Below, piece by piece: positions 1 through 9,232 of a stretch of 64,000 nt of DNA. The translations under genes and the position numbers were made by a program. The notes under the pieces are model-generated. The model had not been told where the DNA came from. It made no database searches and saw only the letters and a program-made list of their open reading frames with translations. Within the stretch, counting starts at the first letter, position 1. Each line of letters begins with the position of its first letter. Origin of the DNA: a virus; IMG/VR virus record IMGVR_UViG_3300025652_009361, positions 59,562-123,561 of that record; one strand, 5' to 3'.

Positions 1-1
1 A

Positions 2-892
2 ATTACTTCTTTGAGAACTATCAGTTCTTTCTGTTCTCAGAATATGAACCATGCCTACAAATGAACTGCCAATCGTTTGACCAGATAATAAACTTAAAAA
101 CTCTTTTTGATCATCTGAACCGTTTGCGCTAACATTTTCAATTGCTTGAACTAAAGTTTCTGGTCTGGTAGTTTGAATCTGATCATTTGGGAACATCCAA
201 TTCCAAGCGTATACAGCTTTTTCTGGGTCCATAACAAATGGAGCAAAAAGATCTGTTTGTTTATGTGTTGCTGTTGCAGTAATTACAAGGGTTCCTGCAA
301 TATTGTGTTGGGATGTTTGGTTTAATACTGTTTTTTTAACTGATCCTGCTGCTGATGTGGAGAATTTAGGGCCCCAAATACTAGAAATAGTAGAACTAGC
401 TGATGCTGCTACAGTGCTAGCATGAGCTCCAGATCCGTCTCTCTCGTCTTCGTTTCTAAAGTATTGTGCGTCCACAATCATTGTGTCAGAACTTAACGCT
501 AATTGTTTTAGCGCACTTTTGTTCCAATCAATTGGGCTCTCAGGCATTTCAGTAATATCAATATTACCGCCATCACCATTTAATTTAGATACATCTTTTT
601 GTGATTTAAGAACAGCTTTACCATATTCAGCTGCATTTTCTGCGATGCTTTTTCCAACTTCTTCTATAGAATCTTTAAAATCACCAAGGTCATTAGCTGG
701 GACATTCATCTCTACCATTTCTTGTAGAGTCATGTCAAGCTTATGTTTAGTTTGTATAGAATCGTTTAGTTTATTTTGAGCAGCATTTGCTGGTTCTTCT
801 GCTTTTTTAATTGCTTGTAATTGCTTGATATCTTTTTCATGAATCAAGTTGCCTAATACTAATGAAGGATCATAAGGAATTGATGTTGCCAT
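2..892 (-). CDS. Uncharacterised protein (3'-truncated by window edge), MATSIPYDPSLVLGNL...
   Basis: Manual translation from ATG at 892 is open to the window start (>295 aa). Absent from the ORF track because no stop is in the window. Preceded by the GTGTA element. Confidence 0.85.
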   Translation of the reverse strand, partial: MATSIPYDPSLVLGNLIHEKDIKQLQAIKKAEEPANAAQNKLNDSIQTKHKLDMTLQEMVEMNVPANDLGDFKDSIEEVGKSIAENAAEYGKAVLKSQKDVSKLNGDGGNIDITEMPESPIDWNKSALKQLALSSDTMIVDAQYFRNEDERDGSGAHASTVAASASSTISSIWGPKFSTSAAGSVKKTVLNQTSQHNIAGTLVITATATHKQTDLFAPFVMDPEKAVYAWNWMFPNDQIQTTRPETLVQAIENVSANGSDDQKEFLSLLSGQTIGSSFVGMVHILRTERTDSSQRSN

Positions 893-916
893 ATATTTTT
901 TGTTACACTAGTTTTA

Positions 917-1165
<249 letters not shown>

Positions 1166-1204
1166 ACTTGAATGTACATGGCAATTAGAAATATGTGAAA
1201 TTAT

Positions 1205-1474
1205 TTATTTCTTTAAATACTTATTGTATATAACTTTTCCTAAGTTAGCCGCAAACTTCCGAGCTTTCCATTCCGGTAAATGAAAAAAATAAGCATGAAA
1301 AACTTCTTCTATTAAAACATTTAATTGACGGCGAGGTTTTAATGTAGGGTCTACAATAATTAATGGTTTCTTACATTTATCTGGATCATCGCAAAGACCT
1401 TCTGCGTTATATTGTGGTGGAACTTTTGTGTAACTAATTTCCACTTCTTTATTGTCGAAATTTTTAATATTCAT
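1205..1474 (-). CDS. Small zincin-like protein with variant EExxH motif
   Basis: GLCD...IIVDP...LNVLIEEVFHAYF resembles phage HExxH mini-metallopeptidases. Confidence 0.5.
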   Translation of the reverse strand: MNIKNFDNKEVEISYTKVPPQYNAEGLCDDPDKCKKPLIIVDPTLKPRRQLNVLIEEVFHAYFFHLPEWKARKFAANLGKVIYNKYLKK

Positions 1475-1695
1475 TGCAGCTTCTCTCTTAATATTAATGA
1501 CGCAGTAGACTTGATATCGTTACCCTGTAAATTAGAAAAAGTATATTTCTTTTTTCCTTTTTCGTAAGTATATACGTCCGGTCCTTGACAGATGTCTGTT
1601 GTGCCGTATTTTCGATAATAGCTTTCAGCAATCTGGTCTAAGCTTAAACCTTCTTCTAATAATTTTTTTACATATAATGCTTCTTGATAAGTCAT
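1471..1695 (-). CDS. Hypothetical protein
   Basis: ORF with ATGA-type coupling to the next gene. Confidence 0.7.
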   Translation of the reverse strand: MTYQEALYVKKLLEEGLSLDQIAESYYRKYGTTDICQGPDVYTYEKGKKKYTFSNLQGNDIKSTASLILREKLQ

Positions 1696-1699
1696 ACGT

Positions 1700-1894
1700 T
1701 CACCATTTGTGTATTATATTAGCAATAATAAAAAAACAAGTAATCAAATTAATTAAAATAATAAAACTGCGCAGAATCAAACTGACCTGCGCTTGTTTTA
1801 AAGATAAAATTGGTATGTTTGGTTCGTCACCGTTCGTTTTTCCGATCCGATGATCAACAGTTCTGCACCAAATCAACCACAAATTTTTAAACAT
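1700..1894 (-). CDS. Small phage membrane protein
   Basis: C-terminal hydrophobic helix (FIILINLITCFFIIANIIHKW). Confidence 0.7.
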   Translation of the reverse strand: MFKNLWLIWCRTVDHRIGKTNGDEPNIPILSLKQAQVSLILRSFIILINLITCFFIIANIIHKW

Positions 1895-2001
1895 AATTTA
1901 ATCGCTATAATAAAATAAATAATTTTAATGAGGGTTAAAATGCACCTATTGTATTGACTTGTTAAATTATATATTACTTATACTTTACTATAGCAGTTAA
2001 G

Positions 2002-2199
2002 TTAACATGCTACACGAAAAACTTCTTCTTCAGTTTTTTCATCTTCATTAACAAGGTAAACAACCCCATTAACAGATTTAGCGCACTGAACAGCCCAGTC
2101 ATATGCTTTTTGTTTGCCTAGCTTTAAATTGTAAGCTGACTGATAATGTCCTCTGCGATCTTTTACAATATATTTAACGTTCATGTTAAGAATTTTCAA
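2002..2199 (-). CDS. Hypothetical protein
   Basis: ORF in a co-oriented run. Confidence 0.65.
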   Translation of the reverse strand: MKILNMNVKYIVKDRRGHYQSAYNLKLGKQKAYDWAVQCAKSVNGVVYLVNEDEKTEEEVFRVAC

Positions 2200-2458
2200 T
2201 AAGAGTGTCGTGAATTAAATGGCGAGTCTTGTAGTCAAGAATTCTACCACTATCATCTTTAGGGAGTTCTGTGACAACCTTTTCAAAGCTAAGTCCTAGA
2301 ACGGAGCTTATGCATTTAACTTTTCGGTAGATTCCAATTTCTTTGTATTTAAGAATCGCCCACAAAGTGTCAATTTCTTCAGGTTTCGCGCTGCCGATAG
2401 CCGATAACAATGCAGCGGATGTGTTAGTTTTTACCACTTGAGTATTTAAATAAGACAT
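2186..2458 (-). CDS. Hypothetical protein
   Basis: ORF in a co-oriented run. Confidence 0.75.
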   Translation of the reverse strand: MSYLNTQVVKTNTSAALLSAIGSAKPEEIDTLWAILKYKEIGIYRKVKCISSVLGLSFEKVVTELPKDDSGRILDYKTRHLIHDTLIENS

Positions 2459-2466
2459 ATCATTAA

Positions 2467-2739
2467 TTAATTAATTGGTTTCAATCTTAATAAGGCTTTT
2501 CCTCCATTGCCGTTTTTATCTGTAACAAAACAATGAACAAAAATAAAATCATCTATAAATCTTGTGTCTATTAACTGTACTGTGTGTATTTTTTTATCTG
2601 TAGTTGTTATTTTAGCTAAAGGCGAAGAATTGATTTGTATGTCTTTGTATATGCTTTCTATCAAGATTTTTTGACCTTCGTAATCTTGAAAAAATTCTGC
2701 ACCTTTATTGGTTCCCTCTAAATATAATGAAGCTTTCAT
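2467..2739 (-). CDS. Hypothetical protein
   Basis: ORF in a co-oriented run. Confidence 0.75.
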   Translation of the reverse strand: MKASLYLEGTNKGAEFFQDYEGQKILIESIYKDIQINSSPLAKITTTDKKIHTVQLIDTRFIDDFIFVHCFVTDKNGNGGKALLRLKPIN

Positions 2740-2900
2740 TGTTTGTCAACATAATCTTCAGATGTTTCTAGTATGTTTTTCATTAGGTTTACAATCAACC
2801 TATCTTCTTTGCATCTGGGTTCAAAATCTGGCTCATAAGCAAAAACCTGCTTTAGAGTATCAAACTGTTCATCTGTTATGATTAACTCACATTTTTTCAT
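2736..2900 (-). CDS. Hypothetical protein (54 aa, MKKCELIITDEQFDTLKQ...)
   Basis: Manual translation. Fills the gap and has an ATGA overlap with the next gene. Confidence 0.65.
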   Translation of the reverse strand: MKKCELIITDEQFDTLKQVFAYEPDFEPRCKEDRLIVNLMKNILETSEDYVDKQ

Positions 2901-2919
2901 CTAAATATAATATGTTGTA

Positions 2920-3870
2920 TTAATTGAATTTCAAGCTTTTGTTGAGTAAATGTTGGAATCCTTTATCTTTCCCTTTAACTTCTATTTCCCAAGTAATATC
3001 AAACCCAAAATCTTCAGGAGCTTTAGTTAAATTACGAGCATGATTTCGGACTGTTCCCTCTGCGGCTTCTGACCAATGGAATGTTGGTTCGACACCCCAA
3101 GTATGATAGAATTTCATAATCCAAGTAATCATGTCAATTTTCTTGCCATTACCATCTAAGCTTGGATTAGCTTCGTCATGAAGGTTATCAAAAGTTAGAG
3201 GAAACGCAAAGCCAAACATATGTTTAGTGTAATTATGGAAATACTCATAAAGATTAGCGCAATTCCAAAAACCTTTATCTTCATTTTCAAATACGAGTCT
3301 AGACCGAACACCGGGATCACACTGGAAAAAATTCTTCATTAGTTTATTCATAAAACCTTCAACAGAATTGAATTTAGAGAGGCTTGGATGAATATTAATT
3401 GGGCATGTGTAATCTCTAGGCAAGCCGCACATATCCAAAACCCATGCATGAAAATTAAGCTCTACGATTGATTTGGCGCAAACATTATCTGAGTTAGAAC
3501 CAACCACAACAAATTGATCTGGATGGATTGATAAACTAATTTCAAGTTGCTGAGCAACCTTGCCTATTTCTCTAAGCAAAAATAGAATGTCATTATGATT
3601 GGAAAAGTGCTCAACTTGTAAATTTAAAGTAGGGTCAGTAATTAGAGGGAACAGCTTGCAAGAAAGTCTGTAATGCTTGATTCCGACTTCTTTGCAGTGT
3701 TTAATAGTTTCTATTGTAACTCTAAGATTATGAGCTACGCGACTAGAAAGTATTTGGATAGACTCTTCTTTGTCTTTTTTGTTAAATTGAGCCCGAGTCA
3801 TTGTTTGGAACTTGAGCTCTGGAGATTTATCTCGCAACAATTCTGATATGCAAACTAATCCTAATTTCAT
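2920..3870 (-). CDS. uvsE: UV DNA damage repair endonuclease (UVDE/UvsE)
   Basis: MKLGLVC start, YRLSC, SIHPDQFVV, INIH, RLVFENED, FDNLH, FHWSE, IEVKGKD motifs. Start adjusted to ATG at 3870. Confidence 0.92.
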   Translation of the reverse strand: MKLGLVCISELLRDKSPELKFQTMTRAQFNKKDKEESIQILSSRVAHNLRVTIETIKHCKEVGIKHYRLSCKLFPLITDPTLNLQVEHFSNHNDILFLLREIGKVAQQLEISLSIHPDQFVVVGSNSDNVCAKSIVELNFHAWVLDMCGLPRDYTCPINIHPSLSKFNSVEGFMNKLMKNFFQCDPGVRSRLVFENEDKGFWNCANLYEYFHNYTKHMFGFAFPLTFDNLHDEANPSLDGNGKKIDMITWIMKFYHTWGVEPTFHWSEAAEGTVRNHARNLTKAPEDFGFDITWEIEVKGKDKGFQHLLNKSLKFN

Positions 3871-3902
3871 TAACAATGAATGTAGCACTAATACAAATTA
3901 AG

Positions 3903-4355
3903 TCAAGTAAAAATAGCAGTGTAGGTGATATACCCGTTGACTGAGTTGTCGTCCTCCTCTCTTAAGAAGCCGCTTTTAAGATGTCTTTTATAAACTTTTT
4001 TTACAGAGTTTTTAGATAGAAAATTAGACTTGCTTACCAAGAATTTAAATTCAGGTGTTATCTTTTTTAATACGTTAACTAATTCTGCCCTACATTTTCT
4101 TCCGGCCCCTTTTTCTGCGTAATCAAAAATCAAGAAAATTTCATCTTCTGTTTTTTCGTACATGCAGAATCCAACCGTTTCATTGTCTTTCTTATAAACA
4201 AAGATATTTTTATTAAAAATGCAACTTTTTTTATACGAATCAAACAGTTGGCGTTTCTGCTCAGATCTTGTTTCGATTTTATCAACTGCTTTCAAATACA
4301 TTGATTCGAAAGTGCTTAAGTCTTTAACTGGTTTGAAATTTTCTACTGAAAACAT
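3903..4355 (-). CDS. Putative GNAT-fold acetyltransferase
   Basis: VYKKDNETVGFCMY...KGAGRK...SGF pattern resembles GNAT. Confidence 0.45.
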   Translation of the reverse strand: MFSVENFKPVKDLSTFESMYLKAVDKIETRSEQKRQLFDSYKKSCIFNKNIFVYKKDNETVGFCMYEKTEDEIFLIFDYAEKGAGRKCRAELVNVLKKITPEFKFLVSKSNFLSKNSVKKVYKRHLKSGFLREEDDNSVNGYITYTAIFT

Positions 4356-4385
4356 AAAAAGCCCCTACATATTGTAGGGGCTTTT
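4356..4385. terminator. Intrinsic terminator (bidirectional-looking)
   Basis: AAAAGCCCCTACA-tat-TGTAGGGGCTTTT perfect inverted repeat. Confidence 0.75.
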
Positions 4386-4402
4386 CTAAGGTTTTTCTAA
4401 TA

Positions 4403-4711
4403 TTACAAAGAAGGAATACTGTCTTCTTGCATATGCTGTTTTTCGGTAGAAGCTTGTTTAGGCACATCTTTCTGAAAAGATGGGCTAGCTTCATTGGAAA
4501 CTTCGTTAGAAGTATAAATAATAAAATCAGGCGATTTCTCGCTTGACTTACTTTTATTAGCAAACATAATTACACGCTGCTTAACTTTGCTTCCAAGTTC
4601 GTCAGAAACAATATAGCCAGTGCAATAATTAGCTTTGTTTCCACCGCTAACTTTTTTCCAAAGAGCTCCGACTTCTCGCTCTTTCCAATCTGATTGATTA
4701 TTAGTAGACAT
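4403..4711 (-). CDS. DUF736-like small (ss)DNA-binding protein
   Basis: VGALWKK...YCTGYI...FANK..SEKSPDFII and acidic IP tail. Confidence 0.55.
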   Translation of the reverse strand: MSTNNQSDWKEREVGALWKKVSGGNKANYCTGYIVSDELGSKVKQRVIMFANKSKSSEKSPDFIIYTSNEVSNEASPSFQKDVPKQASTEKQHMQEDSIPSL

Positions 4712-4773
4712 AATTTAATAGTTTTCCCATTTATTCGCAACGAATAACGAAGCGATAATGAATAATACGATAC

Positions 4774-4802
4774 ACAATAATGAGCTCATGCTTTTTTGTC
4801 AA
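4774..4802 (-). promoter_or_regulatory. Sigma70-like promoter
   Basis: TTGACA-N17-TATTGT. Confidence 0.6.
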
Positions 4803-5467
4803 GAAGTTTTTTCTGTATTTTCTGCATTTCCTTCATCGTTGTAGAAAAAATATGGTTTGTTGCCATAAGTTCTGTCAATATACTCTGAACTCATCTGATC
4901 TGTCAAGAGTTTTATTTTAGGAATGTTGTCTTTGGGGTAAGGAACAATAAAATCAGGGTTATGCCATCTCAATAGGTTATTTGGTGGTATCATAAAGTTA
5001 TCATCATCCATCTGAAGAAAATGATAACACTTGCTGTCTTGATCGTTTGAGTAACCAATGTTTAATTCATTTAAATCACCTTCGTAATCATCTATAGTGA
5101 ATAAATATTTACCTCTTCTCCATTTATGATCGCGGCATAATACATCTACTTTTTTATTTTGGAGAAAGCCAAATGTAGTTACTGCAATATTGTTTGATTG
5201 ACAATCCCAAGTCTGAAGTAATGATAATCTTGTTTGCTCGTCATCAGAAAGTTTGTCGTAACCTTCTCCGTTACAAAAAGCGGAAATAGGCATCATCCAA
5301 AAGATCGCGCCGAACTCACATTGAAAATGGAAATGCATTGGCCGGTTTATCATCGACTTACAACCAAATATGTATCCTTCAGTTAAACCTTCATCTTCCG
5401 GTTTAAAAATATATTTATTCCTAATGTAGCATTGTATGTAAGGTGTGTTTGCGTTTAATTGAGCCAT
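4799..5467 (-). CDS. Conserved phage hypothetical protein
   Basis: LNANTP...FWMMPISAF...QTWDC...YLFTID...PNNLLRW, a pattern typical of aquatic phage hypotheticals. Confidence 0.75.
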   Translation of the reverse strand: MAQLNANTPYIQCYIRNKYIFKPEDEGLTEGYIFGCKSMINRPMHFHFQCEFGAIFWMMPISAFCNGEGYDKLSDDEQTRLSLLQTWDCQSNNIAVTTFGFLQNKKVDVLCRDHKWRRGKYLFTIDDYEGDLNELNIGYSNDQDSKCYHFLQMDDDNFMIPPNNLLRWHNPDFIVPYPKDNIPKIKLLTDQMSSEYIDRTYGNKPYFFYNDEGNAENTEKTS

Positions 5468-5468
5468 T

Positions 5469-5666
5469 TTAATCTCCTTTTAAAAATTGTTTTTTTATTC
5501 GAGTCAGATCTTCTAATATTTCTGTATAAGCATCAACAAAAGCGTTGTCCTCGTTTGTCATAATAACTTCCATTTCACTTATGTAGGTTTTATATTTATC
5601 TATTGCTTGATTTATCGATTTGTAAGTTTTTTGAGGTTTGGTTCTTTCGAATTCAGATATGTTCAT
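5469..5666 (-). CDS. Hypothetical protein
   Basis: ORF in operon. Confidence 0.7.
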   Translation of the reverse strand: MNISEFERTKPQKTYKSINQAIDKYKTYISEMEVIMTNEDNAFVDAYTEILEDLTRIKKQFLKGD

Positions 5667-5671
5667 AATTT

Positions 5672-6751
5672 TTAGTTTATGTGATAATTTTTAGTTCCAT
5701 CTTTGAATAAAAGAGTGCCATCAAAATCTGAATATTTTTCATATGAGAATTTAAAAATATCATCTATTTCGACTTGTATGGGAAAATCATTTTCTGTAAA
5801 ATCTAGTATCTCATATTTATAAGAGTTTATCGGCACATCAGAATGATTTATTTTGATTTCTTTATCTTTGTATTTTATTTTATATTTAATGTTCTTTATG
5901 ATTTGAAACCCCCGGTTCCAAGAATAAACAGAAATTTGATTTTCATTTAATTTGTCGTTTTTGAGTATAGGAACTACACAAGCGATGCCTCCCTCTTTAG
6001 ATAAAGTTGCAAAATTTAAATCGTTTTGTATGATATTACAACGACTAAATGTATCTATAGCATTTTCTTGAAACTCTTTAGCCTGAGTTATTTTGCATTC
6101 ATCTAAAACGTTTTTAAATGAAAAATATAAAACTTTTTCTGCTTGAGTGGCGTTAGGTATATCGTGCTCTTTTTTTAGCCAATACAACAGTTTTTCTTCA
6201 GACTCTACATTGACAAAATGTTTTTCCCAAAAATCTATTTCAGAAAACCAAAAGTGAAACATTAAATCATCAGGAGTACCATCTCTGTATTCTTCAGATT
6301 TATAAAAAAAAGCTTTTTTATTAGATGATATGGTAGACTCGACTTTACTTTTTAGTATTTCTATCATTTCATCTGAAGGGAAAAAATCCCATTCGAAATG
6401 AATAAAGTTTTTAAAACCAAGTTTCTTAACAAAGCTAACAGTTGTATTTAAATTTTTTAATACTGATAATCCATGCGGTTGAGTGAAACGTTCTTTTTTT
6501 TCAAACATGAAATCATCGTTTTCTGTCCACCAAAAAATTTCTTGATGCGGTACATCTACCGTGTATTTTAAATCGTTTTTATCAAAAAAATAATAATCCA
6601 ATAACTCTTGAGTTTCTGAATCTACGCCTGAGTTGGAAATTAAAAACACGGGAAGATTAAATTTTTTAAACTGCTTTATGCAGTCTCTGAGCATAGAATT
6701 TTTGTACTCACCATTTGCAAAGGCGTCTATAGTTATTACCGTGTCATTCAT
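5672..6751 (-). CDS. Hypothetical protein, possibly glycosyltransferase-like (GT-A fold)
   Basis: N-terminal Rossmann-like pattern and FIHFEWD (DxD-like). Weak call. Confidence 0.5.
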   Translation of the reverse strand: MNDTVITIDAFANGEYKNSMLRDCIKQFKKFNLPVFLISNSGVDSETQELLDYYFFDKNDLKYTVDVPHQEIFWWTENDDFMFEKKERFTQPHGLSVLKNLNTTVSFVKKLGFKNFIHFEWDFFPSDEMIEILKSKVESTISSNKKAFFYKSEEYRDGTPDDLMFHFWFSEIDFWEKHFVNVESEEKLLYWLKKEHDIPNATQAEKVLYFSFKNVLDECKITQAKEFQENAIDTFSRCNIIQNDLNFATLSKEGGIACVVPILKNDKLNENQISVYSWNRGFQIIKNIKYKIKYKDKEIKINHSDVPINSYKYEILDFTENDFPIQVEIDDIFKFSYEKYSDFDGTLLFKDGTKNYHIN

Positions 6752-7344
6752 AGCCTTTTGTATATGAAAAATTTATTCCACTCTTTTCTAATTTTTATTG
6801 TTTTGTCTGGTAAGACTGGCAGCGGAAGCGGGGCCGTTTTAATCTCAGTATTTTTTACACTCATGAATGGGTAAATATCTTTCTTTTTTTGGTTGCAATA
6901 TCTACATGATAATGTTACGTTATCTATTTCTCTAATCCCGCCTTTAGATTTAGGGTAAATATGTTCTATAGTTAATTCATTTCTATCATATTTCTCAAAA
7001 CAAATTTGGCAAGTATTATTAAATAGCAACGCTAATCTTTTTAAGCTGATAGTTCTAGGGTTATTTATTTTTAAATTAAAGAACGTTCTCTTTTTCAATA
7101 CTACTATAGTGGGAATAAACCAAATCCTCCCTTTTGATCTTAAAAATGGCTGATCTTTATAAAAATTTATGCCTTCGTTCTTAAACCATTCGTAATTATT
7201 GTCAATTAAATTGTTTTTTGCGTCAAAACAACGCACGGAATCTTTTAAAAGGTGTAAAAAGGCTGTTTTACCGGGTATAAAACAATGGGGAAGAAACGCC
7301 GCATCTAATAATAAAGTCGTTATTTTATCCGCATTTTTATGCAT
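6748..7344 (-). CDS. HNH endonuclease (McrA-like)
   Basis: CQIC...TIEHIYPKSKGG...NVTLSCRYCNQKK. Confidence 0.9.
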   Translation of the reverse strand: MHKNADKITTLLLDAAFLPHCFIPGKTAFLHLLKDSVRCFDAKNNLIDNNYEWFKNEGINFYKDQPFLRSKGRIWFIPTIVVLKKRTFFNLKINNPRTISLKRLALLFNNTCQICFEKYDRNELTIEHIYPKSKGGIREIDNVTLSCRYCNQKKKDIYPFMSVKNTEIKTAPLPLPVLPDKTIKIRKEWNKFFIYKRL

Positions 7345-7353
7345 TTCCTTATT

Positions 7354-7382
7354 AATTTACATAGGTTTTGTTTGGTTTGCAA
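7354..7382 (-). promoter_or_regulatory. Sigma70-like promoter for HNH operon
   Basis: TTGCAA-N17-TAAATT. Confidence 0.5.
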
Positions 7383-7409
7383 GAAAAAAGTTGAATCATT
7401 TGTGATTTA

Positions 7410-7427
7410 GTGTAAAATACAGAACAT
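7410..7427 (+). promoter_or_regulatory. GTGTA element (putative phage-sigma promoter)
   Basis: GTGTA 13 nt before ATG 7428. One of ten such sites. Confidence 0.6.
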
Positions 7428-8135
7428 ATGAACAAGTTTATTCTATCATTACTAAGTATTGTTGTCTCAGCCAATCTTATGGCTGAAGGCGAATCTAAGC
7501 TCAAAGCAAGCGTAAACGCGGGTTACACCTCTAACTATATCGTTAACGGACTAGCAAAAACTGGTTCTCAGGCTTTTGCTGGGGTCGATATTGGCACTGA
7601 ATATTATGGCATCGACACTTATGTTGGGGCTACTGTATTAGATGCTGGAACTGGTCTAGATGAATTACATGCTAATGTAGGTATAGGGAAAAGCATAAAT
7701 TTGTTTGAAACTTTTTCTTTAAAAGCTGATGCTCAAATTTTTCAACATCAAGTTGCAGTGGGCGCAAATTCCACAGAAGGAAGACTTACTCTTGCGTTGG
7801 ACAACAAATATATCACTCCATACGTAGTAGGGACTTATGATTTGGACGTAGCAAATCGTGGTTATTCGCAAAAAGGTTATATTGTCGGTTTAAGAAGACA
7901 GTTTGATGTTTTTAGTCTTTTTACTTTAACCCCATCTGTTGAATACGGACAGATGACTGATTATGAAACTGCTAGCGTGAAAATCGACGCCTCTAAAGTT
8001 CTTTGGGATAATTTAGAGGTTTTTGGTCAAGTAGGTTGGTTTGACAACAATTTCGATGTCGTCAATTACAATTTCGCAGCAGAACAATTTGTCGGTGATG
8101 TAGCTGCTTCTGCCGGTGTTAGATGGAATTTCTAA
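7428..8135 (+). CDS. Outer-membrane beta-barrel protein (TorF/Gcw-chp-like putative porin)
   Basis: Cleavable signal peptide, GYTSNYIVNG near the N-terminus, alternating amphipathic strands, C-terminal AGVRWNF BamA signal. Confidence 0.8.
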   Translation: MNKFILSLLSIVVSANLMAEGESKLKASVNAGYTSNYIVNGLAKTGSQAFAGVDIGTEYYGIDTYVGATVLDAGTGLDELHANVGIGKSINLFETFSLKADAQIFQHQVAVGANSTEGRLTLALDNKYITPYVVGTYDLDVANRGYSQKGYIVGLRRQFDVFSLFTLTPSVEYGQMTDYETASVKIDASKVLWDNLEVFGQVGWFDNNFDVVNYNFAAEQFVGDVAASAGVRWNF

Positions 8136-8158
8136 TTAGAAATAAGTAACAAAATTAT

Positions 8159-8194
8159 AAAGCGGTCACTGCGTAGCGGGGGCCGCTTTTTTTT
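8159..8194 (+). terminator. Intrinsic terminator
   Basis: AAAGCGGTC...GGCCGC followed by a T8 tract. Confidence 0.75.
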
Positions 8195-8215
8195 ATTCTG
8201 TTTTTATTTTGTTAA

Positions 8216-8231
8216 GTGTAAATAATATTGC
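8216..8231 (+). promoter_or_regulatory. GTGTA element
   Basis: GTGTA 11 nt before ATG 8232. Confidence 0.6.
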
Positions 8232-8519
8232 ATGTCAGGGTCTAATAAATTTAAAATAGGGTTTGGGGATTTGGATACTTTTTTAAAGATTGCTCCGGTA
8301 GTAGGTTTGGCTGTTTTAGCTTATTTACAAACATTATTTCCAAGTAAAGTGGAGTTTGATAAGTTAGAGCAGCATCTTATTCAGATGGATAAAAAAATAA
8401 CAGAAATATCTGTTTTGCAGCAGACCACATCAAATAATGCTGTTAGAATAACAACTATAGAAGATAGAGTTCGTCAAGTGGAGATTAATTTAGCACGAAA
8501 ACTATCAGAAAATGAATAA
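8232..8519 (+). CDS. Membrane-anchored coiled-coil protein (possible lysis accessory)
   Basis: One TM helix followed by a coiled coil. Confidence 0.7.
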   Translation: MSGSNKFKIGFGDLDTFLKIAPVVGLAVLAYLQTLFPSKVEFDKLEQHLIQMDKKITEISVLQQTTSNNAVRITTIEDRVRQVEINLARKLSENE

Positions 8520-8522
8520 AAA

Positions 8523-8849
8523 ATGAAAGACCCTATAGGAGACACTACTAATTTCGGCATCAACCTTAAGTGGTTGTTGCAACTTATTCTAGTTTCAGCA
8601 GCTGCTGTATGGGGTTATTTTCAATTAGTAGCTAAGATTTCTCAGGCTGAAATAGATATACTTAGAATGAAAGACGATATACACATGAACTCTGATTTTA
8701 GAGTTAGATGGCCTTTAGGTGAAATAGGAGCGCTACCTGATGACGCTGAACAAAATCTTCGGTTGAAATATATAGAAGCCGATGTTCAAATACTCGAAGT
8801 AAGAGTAGATGATTTAAGAATAAATAGTTCATATTTAAATAAAAATTAA
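8523..8849 (+). CDS. Membrane-anchored coiled-coil protein
   Basis: N-terminal TM helix, WPLGEIGALPDDAEQ motif, coiled coil. Confidence 0.7.
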   Translation: MKDPIGDTTNFGINLKWLLQLILVSAAAVWGYFQLVAKISQAEIDILRMKDDIHMNSDFRVRWPLGEIGALPDDAEQNLRLKYIEADVQILEVRVDDLRINSSYLNKN

Positions 8850-8878
8850 AGTATCATTCAATAATATTAAATATTAAT

Positions 8879-9232
8879 ATGGAAGAACCCGTAGAAATAA
8901 AAAATACTGTAGAACGTTTGATAGGTGAATACGGTTGGATGTTTATTATTGGTTTCGTTGGTATAATGTTTCAATCAACTATTAAGAGTTTAGCGGCTTC
9001 ATTAGCTGTATTCTGCGGTGGTGACTATAATACAGATGATGTTGTATTTGTTGACGGACGACCCGGTCGTATAATTAGAGTTGGTTTACTTAAAACCGTC
9101 TTCTTTATATACAACGTGGTCGATAATAAAATAGTAAGTGGTAATAAACTCGTTATTCAAAACGAGGCATTAAGTAAGATTAGAATTGAAAAACCATTAC
9201 CTGAAATAGATCTTACTAAAATTAAAAATTAA
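8879..9232 (+). CDS. Mini MscS-like membrane protein
   Basis: TM segment then DDVVFVDGRPGRIIRVGLLKT, resembling the MscS middle beta domain. Confidence 0.5.
   Translation: MEEPVEIKNTVERLIGEYGWMFIIGFVGIMFQSTIKSLAASLAVFCGGDYNTDDVVFVDGRPGRIIRVGLLKTVFFIYNVVDNKIVSGNKLVIQNEALSKIRIEKPLPEIDLTKIKN

Noticed and set aside
4715-4789. 24 aa hydrophobic ORF and a GTGTA match at 4771-4775
   Set aside because: Overlaps the TTGACA-N17-TATTGT promoter, and the GTGTA is ~60 nt from the next start. Not supportable as a gene or as a motif instance.
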